A stretch of DNA of 59,311 bases, from assembly GCA_038056395.1 (NCBI GenBank), contig JBBUFS010000006.1, positions 1 to 59,311 on the forward strand. The letters run 5' to 3'. The translations under genes and the position numbers were made by a program. Below, in pieces: positions 46,112-54,410 of the stretch. Source of the stretch: Patescibacteria group bacterium. GTDB taxonomy: Bacteria; Patescibacteriota; Minisyncoccia; Phycocordibacterales; WO2-35-19. The stretch's first letter is position 1. Each line of letters begins with the position of its first letter. The notes beneath the pieces were generated by a model. It was given only the letters and a program-made list of their open reading frames with translations, ran no database searches and was not told the origin of the DNA.

Positions 46112-47143
46112 CTAGAAGAGTTTTACTGTTATTGGCACAGCTTCCAGCTCCCTCGACTTGAGTTGAAAGCTGTAAGTGATAGGTGGGTTTTTTGGTTTTA
46201 CACCTTCGGGCCTGGGCAGATCCTCATCAACCTGATCTGGCCGACCCTTATTCCATCTTACTGTGTACTTCTTGCCAAAGCCGGTGAAATCAGCTGTTGT
46301 CCCTTTATGTTGCAAAGGGATACTGGGATTGCTGAATTCTTTAACTGGGGCAGATACTACTATGGCTACCGCTTCTCCACCCCAGGCATAAGCCCGGAGC
46401 TTTGGTTCCCAGCAAGCGACCGAACGTGGATCCGCTTCCCAATGTTTGGTCTTGCTCTCGCTGTAGAGATGCGCGAAGTACAGGTCCTGATCTTCCTCCG
46501 TGTTAAGGTCAAAGCCGAGTTTCAAAGCTGGTTCCCGATGCGACTCCAAAAACCCGTACTTGCCGAAGGCCGTCGAAGCCTTTTCTTTATTCCTTGTCGG
46601 AATTTTGGTTCCGGGCTCAAACTGTCTGCAGTTGGACTCGCAGCCGCAAATCACCAATCTGGCAATTTCCACCGGCGCGCTGTGGGATAGATTGACGGTT
46701 GATGTCCTACTTATGATACTTCTATTAGAAGAAGAGAAGTACTCATAAATACCAGACCCCATCCACAAAACTAGCCCTACTCCCGCAACCCACAATATCC
46801 ACTTCCACCAAATGCCTTTGGAAGACACCTTTTCTTGTTCTTTTTTTCCGGCGGCCTCTTTTGTGGTACTATCATCGATGTTTGTTTTTTTTGTATCTTC
46901 TTCTTTTTTGACGCGTTTTAAAATACTCCAGGAAAGAAGAGATACCCCCACCAAAAGAACAGTCGTGGCGACACCCAACCCCCATGAAAATGGGACAACC
47001 CATTGCCACGAAAATCTCGGCCAAGAGAGTTCTTGGAAAAACCCAAATGCTATGACGGAGACATTGAGAACAAACCCAATGAGTGAGCCAATAAGAACAG
47101 CCCACAAGAAGAGACGAGCCGTTTTTCTTAATGCTATTCGCAT
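46112..47143 (-). CDS. Membrane protein with a C-terminal lysozyme/transglycosylase-like domain (tentative)
   Basis: Four N-terminal TM helices, then CGCESNCRQFEPGTKIPTRNKEKASTAFGKYGFLESHREPALKLGFDL...YFAHLY...HWEADPRSVACW. The CES...FG...W...CW pattern recalls small lytic-transglycosylase-like domains. More GC-rich than its neighbours. Confidence 0.45.
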   Translation of the reverse strand: MRIALRKTARLFLWAVLIGSLIGFVLNVSVIAFGFFQELSWPRFSWQWVVPFSWGLGVATTVLLVGVSLLSWSILKRVKKEEDTKKTNIDDSTTKEAAGKKEQEKVSSKGIWWKWILWVAGVGLVLWMGSGIYEYFSSSNRSIISRTSTVNLSHSAPVEIARLVICGCESNCRQFEPGTKIPTRNKEKASTAFGKYGFLESHREPALKLGFDLNTEEDQDLYFAHLYSESKTKHWEADPRSVACWEPKLRAYAWGGEAVAIVVSAPVKEFSNPSIPLQHKGTTADFTGFGKKYTVRWNKGRPDQVDEDLPRPEGVKPKNPPITYSFQLKSRELEAVPITVKLF

Positions 47144-47259
47144 CTATTACTCCTTTCTGTTGGAACTAAATCCTATTGTATTATATCAAATTATATTAAA
47201 AAGTAAAGAGTATCTGCATTTTTCAGCAAATACCCCTTGATTATGGCTTTTAAGGCCTG

Positions 47260-48318
47260 TCAGTCTTTTTTTGGTCCTCCAACGGACACATTCACCGCCC
47301 CCTCTTGAACAAGAGTTTGGAGAGTTTTTGGTAGGGCTTGAATAGCTGCTATCTTTGCGGCCTCTGGGTTTGTGGCAAGGTGCATAGTTGTTGAATCCAA
47401 AAAAGCCTTTTCTCCTTCGGCCTCCTTTTTTCTCGCCATCGCCTTTTTTTCGGCGATTTGTACATCAAGTTCAACGGCGGCCAATCTGGCCTGCGCTTCT
47501 CTCTCCGCGACAGCTTTCTTTTCTAGAGCGTCAATCGCCTTTTGGTCTTCGGCGTCTATTCTCTGAAAATTGGTCGTGACGATCCTAACTCCGATAATGT
47601 CTTCCATTCCGGGATTAGCATCATCATTTTCTCTCTTATTCAAGTCAAGGAGATCTTTGACAAAGTTGTCTTTTTCCAAAGTTTTTTCCGTTTTCAATCC
47701 GCGAATCTCCTCAAAAGTTTTGCTTCCAACAAAATCTCTCACTTTTGATTCAATTGCAGCTTTGAGAACATTTAGCCAATTTCTGGCCTTGAACCGTGCC
47801 AATTCTGGGCAGAAAACCTCAACCAGAACTTGTATAACAACAGTCATCTTGAAGTTGTCTGAGGTTTCCATCCCCTTAAACTCCAAGGGGTACTCAAAAC
47901 GGAAAAAGATAGTATTTACCTTTTTGCTCTTTCTTTCAATTTCCTCTTTTTCGCCCCTAGTGATTGTTGGCCAATCAAATTGATAGTATGGGACTTTGTA
48001 AAGTGGCCATGGACCAATCCAATAGATACCCAAACGACGTTGTCGCCAACTCCGTCGGTCTTTCTCCCCTTTTTCAAGGAGTACAAGTTTATTATCAACT
48101 TTTTTGTACCCGGTGACCGAGTGAAAAAAATCATGATACGATTCTCCCACTGTAATCACTTTTATTTGTCCCTCGGGACAAGTCCCGAAGAATATGTCCG
48201 AGAGTGCGAGTCGATACAAAACAAGCACCAAAAAAACCAAAGACAGAACGATGATCAAAAGCATTGTGTAAAGTTCCTCTCCGCTATTACTTATATCACA
48301 TCTCATATAAAAAAGCAA
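47260..48318 (-). CDS. SPFH/Band-7 (stomatin/prohibitin-like) domain protein
   Basis: N-terminal TM, SPFH core (FRFEYPLEF...MTVVIQVLVEVFCPELARF...) and a C-terminal Ala/Glu-rich coiled coil (AVAEREAQARLAAVELDVQIAEKKAMARKKEAEGEKA). An alternative start is ATG 48264. Confidence 0.7.
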   Translation of the reverse strand: MLFYMRCDISNSGEELYTMLLIIVLSLVFLVLVLYRLALSDIFFGTCPEGQIKVITVGESYHDFFHSVTGYKKVDNKLVLLEKGEKDRRSWRQRRLGIYWIGPWPLYKVPYYQFDWPTITRGEKEEIERKSKKVNTIFFRFEYPLEFKGMETSDNFKMTVVIQVLVEVFCPELARFKARNWLNVLKAAIESKVRDFVGSKTFEEIRGLKTEKTLEKDNFVKDLLDLNKRENDDANPGMEDIIGVRIVTTNFQRIDAEDQKAIDALEKKAVAEREAQARLAAVELDVQIAEKKAMARKKEAEGEKAFLDSTTMHLATNPEAAKIAAIQALPKTLQTLVQEGAVNVSVGGPKKD

Positions 48319-48320
48319 GC

Positions 48321-48346
48321 AAAAACTGCCATTGCGGGCAGTTTTT
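48321..48346. terminator. Hairpin with flanking A/T runs between rnpB and the SPFH gene
   Basis: aaaaactgcc-attgcg-ggcagttttt. On the minus strand it is followed by a T-rich tract after the rnpB 3' end. Confidence 0.5.
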
Positions 48347-48356
48347 GCACATGTTA

Positions 48357-48775
48357 GGTTTTCATTCTCATAAGCCGAATTCTGGTTTTAACAGCAATTT
48401 ATCTAGGTCCTAAATTACTCTAGGACTCAAGCGGCACAAACTAGTATTTCTACTAGAATACGGCCTTGCACAGAAGTAAGAATTTAGCGCGTTTCAGCCG
48501 GACTTAACCGGGTCGTTTCTGTTCGCATCTCTACCAAATTTGTCCACTAAAGGTGGTTACAAATTTGAGTATCCTGAGCCTGTCGAAGGATTGTTCCTCG
48601 ACTTCGCTCGGAACGCTCAATTTTGTATTCACTTTCAGTGAACAAAATTGGCGATGGGCGTTACCCACTACTCTTTCCCTCGATTTAACTCTCGGGATCT
48701 GTGTTCGGACTTTCCTCTTTCACCAAGCCGAAGCTTTAGCGTAGGCTGGCAAAAGCTGCTGTCGGAATGAAAACC
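48357..48775 (-). ncRNA. rnpB: RNase P RNA, bacterial type A
   Basis: The minus strand carries the P4 5' strand GAAAGAGGAAAGTCCGAACAC, GGGTAACGCC, and the P4 3' strand ACCAGAATTCGGCTTATGAG. P1 pairs GGTTTTCATTC with GAATGAAAACC. Recognisable P12, P13 and P14 hairpins. Confidence 0.88.
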
Positions 48776-48870
48776 TGTTCTCATTATATCATCAATATTT
48801 TTTAACACAATATTAGACGCTCAGCGTCTAATATATATTTTTAAAAAAATTGTTTTCTAATTTAGAATGT

Positions 48871-48954
48871 TGGTGGGCAGGGGGAGACTTGAACTCCCAT
48901 GCCTTGCGGCGCCAGCTCCTAAAGCTGGTGTGTCTGCCATTTCACCACCTGCCC
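48871..48954 (-). tRNA. tRNA-Leu (anticodon TAG), CCA encoded
   Basis: Acceptor GGGCAGG/CCTGCCC, anticodon arm CCAGC-TTTAGGA-GCTGG, long variable arm, T arm GGGAG-TTCAAGT-CTCCC, then A-CCA. Confidence 0.88.
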
Positions 48955-49146
48955 ATTTGTGCCACTTGTCGTCACGGATAATTTCGTTTTTGTCAAAACG
49001 AAATTTCCGCGACCCCCACCCACATCGCCTTGCGAAGCATGGCGGGTAGGCCGCCTCGCCATTTTTACCTTTGCTTCGTAAAACAAAAATATAGCTCCGG
49101 CTCGGACAAGCCAAAAAATTCAAAGCAGTTTGATTTTTTTGGCTTG

Positions 49147-49219
49147 TCCGCCCACCAGGAATCGAACCTGGGACCGTCTGCTTAAGAGGCAGCTGCTCTA
49201 CCAGCTGAGCTATGAGCGG
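49147..49219 (-). tRNA. tRNA-Lys (anticodon CTT), CCA not encoded
   Basis: Acceptor CCGCTCA/TGGGCGG (C1:G72), D arm GCTC-AGCTGGTA-GAGC, anticodon loop CTCTTAA, T arm CCAGG-TTCGATT-CCTGG. Confidence 0.8.
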
Positions 49220-49261
49220 ATACTTATTATTTTATTTTCAAATTATTTTTTAAATAATTCG

Positions 49262-49287
49262 GTGTCTCTATTGTACCAAGCTCGCAC
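49262..49287. repeat. 26-nt repeat gtgtctctattgtaccaaRctcgcac, copy 1
   Basis: 25/26 identical to 59250..59275. The minus strand reads TTGGTACAAT (extended -10 shape) about 35 nt upstream of tRNA-Lys. Confidence 0.8.
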
Positions 49288-49432
49288 TTACTTTAGCAGA
49301 AATTTGTGAGAATGAGAAATGAAAGAATGGCGGTTGAAAGATTGACCGAAATGACTTATACTTAAGATGCTCAAAGCTGGCGGCGGCAAAAATTATTAAG
49401 GTAAAGAAAAATTAATTTTTTAATTTAAATAT

Positions 49433-50233
49433 ATGAACCAAAAAGGATTTTCGAGCATCGTTATAATCTTAGTTGCTGTGGCGCTGGTCGCGGGCGCTTA
49501 TATCGCTTGGCGGCAAAATAAATTGCCCTGGGCTGGAAACTCGGCGCTGACGACGCCGGCGGCTGGGCCTATCGCGGTTAATGGCACAATAACCTGTTTG
49601 CCCAAATTAGGATCCGGACCGCAAACAATGGAGTGCGCTGTTGGAATAAAAGCGGAAAGCGGCCAGTATTATGGGTTAAAAAATCTTTCCCAATTCAGCT
49701 CAAGCAATGAATTTTCTGAAACCGGAACGCAGGTTGAGATTTCCGGTGTATTTAGCCCCAAACAGTCATCCGGATCGGAAACGCAAGCATATGATGTAGC
49801 CGGGACAATTGACATAAATTCCATACAGGAAGTCGCGGACGCTGGTTCTGAAACGGTCCAGCCTGAAAACCCGGACCAAACGGGGCTGGCTTCATACCCT
49901 GATTTGTCCATAACTTCAGATCCCGTTCAGCCGATTTCAGTAAAATTTGCCGTAGAACACCGTTCCGCTTTAAATAGCAAAACAATATCGGTGCGCGGTG
50001 TTGTCGTCAGCACTCTTCTCGGAGAAAAAGCCTGTCCTCCCGACCGCGGCGCCTGCGCCCAGCCGAGCGTATTTTTGGCTGATACAGCGGATCAAAGCAG
50101 AAATAGTCTTTATGATTTGAGAGTGATTGTGAGCGAAGAAGAGCAAGAAAAAGACTACCCGGTCGGAAAAACCGTGGAGTTGCAGGTTTCCATTGATGGT
50201 AATAAAACTTCTATTGTCGCGCGAAAAAATTAA
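49433..50233 (+). CDS. Hypothetical membrane-anchored extracytoplasmic protein
   Basis: N-terminal TM (FSSIVIILVAVALVAGAYIAW). No recognisable motif. Confidence 0.5.
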   Translation: MNQKGFSSIVIILVAVALVAGAYIAWRQNKLPWAGNSALTTPAAGPIAVNGTITCLPKLGSGPQTMECAVGIKAESGQYYGLKNLSQFSSSNEFSETGTQVEISGVFSPKQSSGSETQAYDVAGTIDINSIQEVADAGSETVQPENPDQTGLASYPDLSITSDPVQPISVKFAVEHRSALNSKTISVRGVVVSTLLGEKACPPDRGACAQPSVFLADTADQSRNSLYDLRVIVSEEEQEKDYPVGKTVELQVSIDGNKTSIVARKN

Positions 50234-50253
50234 TATTACTAACATTAAAAATT

Positions 50254-50478
50254 ATGATTAAAGCAATTTTAGGAATAATTTGGCTTAAAGCGGTTTTAGG
50301 CATTTTGTGGCTGGTGTTGCTCATTTTAGCTCTGGTTGATATTTTAGGCAGTGTAAAAAAGAGCGCCGGCATTAAGTTTCTCTGGATAATTGTTTGTCTT
50401 ATTTTACCCTTAATTGGCGTATTAGCTTATTTTCTTTTCGGCAGAGACGAAGAAAATAAGATTTATCCCCAGCAATAA
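50254..50478 (+). CDS. PLD-nuclease N-terminal (PLDc_N) domain small membrane protein
   Basis: ILALVDILGSVKKSAGIKFLWIIVCLILPLIGVLAYFLFGR. Confidence 0.7.
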   Translation: MIKAILGIIWLKAVLGILWLVLLILALVDILGSVKKSAGIKFLWIIVCLILPLIGVLAYFLFGRDEENKIYPQQ

Positions 50479-50486
50479 TCATATCT

Positions 50487-51809
50487 ATGACACGCAAGAG
50501 CAAAATCATCGTTTTTGTATTAATTTTTTTGTTCGCAGCAGCGCTTGTTATCGGAGCGGCGAATAGAAAGGGCAGGGAGGGAGGAAAATTCCTGTCTTGG
50601 CTAAAATTTCAAAAATCCCAGAACCAGCCGGCCGCGCCCACTCCGCCCAACGGCGGCTCGCCGAACCCTTCCCAACCAGGGTCAATCCCAGGCCAACACC
50701 AAGCTCTTTATGACCGGTTGGAGGGGAAACTTGATAATTTCATAGCCAAGGTTGAGGCAAGAGGAAACAAATCCAATTCCTCGGTCATATATAGCGCCGG
50801 CCTGATTACAGCCAATCCCAACTATGGCGATCTTCTGCTGACTCCCGACATTTACGATATGTCCATTAAATATATAGACCAGCTTAAAAAAATTGGAGTA
50901 ACGGGCATCACAGTGGATATCAACTTTCCTCTACTCGACCCAAATTTCAGGAACGGCGAAAAATACCAGCAATTTTTGGATTTTTACAAAAAACTTAGCA
51001 ACGAAATAAAGAAGCGGGGTTTAAATTTAAACATAGAAGTTCAACCTATTTTCCCGGACTACTCCACCCTGCCGGTCAAGCAATATTATCAAGGTCTTAC
51101 CTTTGACACTTATAAACAAAGAGTGGCTGATATGCTTGTAACGATTGCCAAAGAACTGCAACCTCATTATTTGACGGTGGCGAACGAACCGGATACGGCT
51201 CAAGCCAACACCGGTTTCCCCATTGGCAGCCTGGATAATTCTTTGGGTATGGTTAATTTTTTCCTAAATAAGCTTAAAGATTCGGGCGCCAGTAACATCA
51301 AATATGGAGCTGGCTTCGGCACCTGGCAGAAAGATTATCAGACCTGGACAAATCGCTACACTAAAGAAACCTCTTTGGATTTTCTTAACATCCATATCTA
51401 CCCGGCGGATGGAGACTTTTTGGACAGGGCTTTGGCGATTTCGGATACGGCAAAACAGAACGGAAAAAGCGTGGCCATTCATGAGGCCTGGCTGTATAAA
51501 TGGCAGTTAGGCGATGCCGCCGGCATTGCCGTGTCAAAAGAAGTTTATTCGCTCGATGCCTACAGTTTTTGGGCACCCTTGGATCAAAAATTTATTCAGG
51601 CCCTGGTTTATCTTGCCCGTGAAAAACAATACGAGTATGTTTCGCCATTCTTTTCCAACTATTTCTTCGGTTATCTGGAATACGAACAAGCAAAAGATAT
51701 GTCCGCTCCGAATCGGTTAAGCGCGGCTGTCAAACAGGGGATTAAAGACGCGCTCTCGGGTAAAGTCTCTTCCACCGGCGAGTTTTACAAAAAGCTGATT
51801 GCTCAATAA
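50487..51809 (+). CDS. Membrane-anchored TIM-barrel glycoside hydrolase (GH5-like, tentative)
   Basis: HYLTVANEPD (acid/base NEP) and SVAIHEAWLY (nucleophile Glu) are spaced as in clan GH-A enzymes. Confidence 0.5.
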   Translation: MTRKSKIIVFVLIFLFAAALVIGAANRKGREGGKFLSWLKFQKSQNQPAAPTPPNGGSPNPSQPGSIPGQHQALYDRLEGKLDNFIAKVEARGNKSNSSVIYSAGLITANPNYGDLLLTPDIYDMSIKYIDQLKKIGVTGITVDINFPLLDPNFRNGEKYQQFLDFYKKLSNEIKKRGLNLNIEVQPIFPDYSTLPVKQYYQGLTFDTYKQRVADMLVTIAKELQPHYLTVANEPDTAQANTGFPIGSLDNSLGMVNFFLNKLKDSGASNIKYGAGFGTWQKDYQTWTNRYTKETSLDFLNIHIYPADGDFLDRALAISDTAKQNGKSVAIHEAWLYKWQLGDAAGIAVSKEVYSLDAYSFWAPLDQKFIQALVYLAREKQYEYVSPFFSNYFFGYLEYEQAKDMSAPNRLSAAVKQGIKDALSGKVSSTGEFYKKLIAQ

Positions 51810-51833
51810 GAGAAAGTTTTTTCCAAAAATTTG

Positions 51834-51914
51834 TGCTTGAGGTGGGAGTCGAACCCACAACCCTTTCGGGACAACATTTTAAGTGTTGCGTGTATACCAT
51901 TCCACCACTCAAGC
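51834..51914 (-). tRNA. tRNA-Leu (anticodon TAA)
   Basis: Acceptor GCTTGAG/CTCAAGC, anticodon arm CAACA-CTTAAAA-TGTTG, variable arm TCCCGAAAGGGT, T arm GTGGG-TTCGACT-CCCAC. Confidence 0.88.
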
Positions 51915-51918
51915 ATTG

Positions 51919-51990
51919 AGGCCTGGGCGGGAATTGCACCCGCGTATGAGAGTTTTGCAGACTCTTGTCTTGCTACTTGACGACCAGGCC
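51919..51990 (-). tRNA. tRNA-Cys (anticodon GCA)
   Basis: Acceptor GGCCTGG/CCAGGCC with discriminator T, anticodon arm AGAGT-CTGCAAA-ACTCT, T arm GCGGG-TGCAATT-CCCGC. Confidence 0.85.
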
Positions 51991-52004
51991 AGATGTAAAT
52001 GATT

Positions 52005-52367
52005 TTAGCTTTTATTATCTAAATTTTCAACGGGAGATTCATTTAGAAGTTCATCTATTCTTTGTCTATTATGCTCGCCTTCATCAATGGCGAAATCAAC
52101 CATTGGAGCAAAGCCGAAAGATTTTTTGGACATCACAAATCGGCGAAAATCTTGCCGGCGGCGCTTGGCAAATTCCAAAGCTTGAGGTTCTTTTTCTCTC
52201 GGCCAGGCAGTGAAAAAAATAATGGCTCTTTTGCCTTTATTAAGAATATCTGTTTTGATTATAGTCATCAGGGAATCTTTATTTGATTCAGCGCTAAAAT
52301 ATTCAGCGGCAAATTGGCAAATCAAAGAAGCCATCTTTTCGTCCTTGTGTCTAATTGGTATTCTCAT
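52005..52367 (-). CDS. rbfA: Ribosome-binding factor A
   Basis: Position immediately downstream of infB, RbfA-like length and KH-type pattern (MTIIKTDILNKGKRAIIFFTAWP...). Confidence 0.7.
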   Translation of the reverse strand: MRIPIRHKDEKMASLICQFAAEYFSAESNKDSLMTIIKTDILNKGKRAIIFFTAWPREKEPQALEFAKRRRQDFRRFVMSKKSFGFAPMVDFAIDEGEHNRQRIDELLNESPVENLDNKS

Positions 52368-52381
52368 AAAGTAAAGATAAA

Positions 52382-53902
52382 TTATTCCTGTTTTACGAGA
52401 GATATTACTTTTATGATATCCCCTGGCGCCAATTCTGTTTTGGATTCCAGCATTATGCCAAATTCCTGCCCCTCTTTTACCATATCAGTTTTTATTTTTT
52501 GAATTTGAATTTCTTTTATTTTACCGCTGCCAATCTCAGCGTCTCGACGGAAAATTTCAGCCACGCCTCCAGATTTTATTTCTCCCTCTGTTACTCGGCC
52601 GCCAACCACTTGTTTGTCTTTGTTTTTGCTAAAAATTCTGATTATTTTGGCGGAGCCGGTCGTCATTTCTATGGTTTCCACCGGGGTGGCCTCTTTTATT
52701 TTTTGTTTAACAAAATCCGCCAGCTCGTATATTATTTTATAAGTTTTTATCTCTATCTTGTCCCGCATGGCAAGCATCTCGGCGCTTTTGTCGGCGTTTA
52801 CATTAAAGCCCAGCACCAGGGATTTTTTTACACTTGCCGTTTTGATGTCTCTTTCAGTGATGCCGCCAACTCCTTTTGAAATTATTTTGACCATTATTTT
52901 TTCATTGCCCAATTTTTGGAGTTCATGCTCTACGGCATCCAATGACCCGAAGGCATCCGCTTTGATGACTATGCCCAAAAGAACTCGTCCATCTTGGGGA
53001 TTTTTTGGATTTTCTTTTGTCTTTTGGTTAATATCCTCAGCCGCGAATTTTATAGCCTCTTCTTTTTTTGATAATGTTTTAAATTGATTGCCGACTTTGG
53101 GCTGGGCGCTCCAGCCGACTATGCGGACTGGACTGGAGAAGCTGACCTCCAAAATATTTTCTCCTTTGTAATTTTCTATGGATCTGACTGGGGCGTAAGC
53201 TCCCTCGGTAGCCACAAACATACCTATTTTTAAGGACCCGTTTTTTATTATAAGAGTGGCTGAAATGCCTTGTTTAGAATTTAAACCGCTTTCTATGACA
53301 AAACCTTCAGCGGGGATGGAGGGGTCGCCTTTTAATCCTTCAATATCGGATTGCAAAGCAATCATTTCCAAGAGGTCGGGAACACCTTCTCCGGTTTTAG
53401 CCGAAATGGATACCACTGGCACTATGCCGCCCCAGCCTTCCATCAAAATCCCGTTTTCCGCCAAATTTTGCTTTGTTTTTTCTATGTTTGCTCTGGCTCT
53501 GTCTATTTTGTTTAAGGCCACGATAAATGGCATGGCATCTTTGTTGATGCAGTCAAGGGCTTCAATAGTCTGCGGTTTTACCCCATCTTCGGCCGAGACC
53601 ACTAGCACGGCGATATCCGCCGCGTTGACGCCACGCTCTCTGATAGAACAAAAAGCTTCGTGTCCGGGAGTATCCAAAAAAGTTATTTTTCTTTTTTCAT
53701 TGCCGATATTACACTCTGCTTCATAGGCGGAAATATGCTGAGTGATGCCGCCCGCTTCCTTCTCGGCGGTATTGGTTTTTCTTATATAATCAAGAAGGGT
53801 AGACTTGCCGTGGTCAATATGCCCCATAATAACCACCACTGGCGGGCGGATTGTCAAATTTATTTTTTCTGTTTTATTTTTTTTATTTCTAGCGGGATTC
53901 AT
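52382..53902 (-). CDS. infB: Translation initiation factor IF-2, short form lacking the N-terminal region
   Basis: G domain RPPVVVIMGHIDHGKSTLLD, DTPGHEAF, NKID, and C-terminal domains conserved. Confidence 0.93.
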   Translation of the reverse strand: MNPARNKKNKTEKINLTIRPPVVVIMGHIDHGKSTLLDYIRKTNTAEKEAGGITQHISAYEAECNIGNEKRKITFLDTPGHEAFCSIRERGVNAADIAVLVVSAEDGVKPQTIEALDCINKDAMPFIVALNKIDRARANIEKTKQNLAENGILMEGWGGIVPVVSISAKTGEGVPDLLEMIALQSDIEGLKGDPSIPAEGFVIESGLNSKQGISATLIIKNGSLKIGMFVATEGAYAPVRSIENYKGENILEVSFSSPVRIVGWSAQPKVGNQFKTLSKKEEAIKFAAEDINQKTKENPKNPQDGRVLLGIVIKADAFGSLDAVEHELQKLGNEKIMVKIISKGVGGITERDIKTASVKKSLVLGFNVNADKSAEMLAMRDKIEIKTYKIIYELADFVKQKIKEATPVETIEMTTGSAKIIRIFSKNKDKQVVGGRVTEGEIKSGGVAEIFRRDAEIGSGKIKEIQIQKIKTDMVKEGQEFGIMLESKTELAPGDIIKVISLVKQE

Positions 53903-54380
53903 TTTCTTTGGCTTTATTTATGGTTCTTTTCTCTTCTTCCGATAACTCATATTCACTTTTCCAATTTTTTAACGGTTTGGCAAATACATTAGTCCGTTCC
54001 CTGGTGTGCATACTGGTGATAACCACCCCATTGCCTTCTTCATCTGCAAAAACCGAAGAAAAACTTTGATTGCCCCCAATGCCTTCTCCTTGAAATGGAT
54101 TAAATCTTAAAGTGGCGGCATTGGTTGTTTTCTTTTTTAGCCGGCTGTCCAACCGCTTCATATATTCTGTCGACTCCGCTTGAAATCTGATAAAATCCTC
54201 AAGAGTTTTGGTATGAAGCTTCAAAAGTCTTTCAATGTCCGGCGTATTGGTGCTTCTGAAAATTTTAGAAACTCTCAAATGCATCAATGTTGAAAAAACC
54301 AAAGCAATCAAAGAAATCGCTAGAGCGATAAATGGCAACAAAAAAACAACTAAATTCCAATCAATTGACATAATCAACAT
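53889..54380 (-). CDS. DUF4446 family protein
   Basis: N-terminal TM and LRFNPFQGEGIGGNQSFSSVFADEEGNGVVITSMHTRE. Confidence 0.65.
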   Translation of the reverse strand: MLIMSIDWNLVVFLLPFIALAISLIALVFSTLMHLRVSKIFRSTNTPDIERLLKLHTKTLEDFIRFQAESTEYMKRLDSRLKKKTTNAATLRFNPFQGEGIGGNQSFSSVFADEEGNGVVITSMHTRERTNVFAKPLKNWKSEYELSEEEKRTINKAKENESR

Positions 54381-54410
54381 TATACACTAAATTATGATAT
54401 TATCCAAAGG

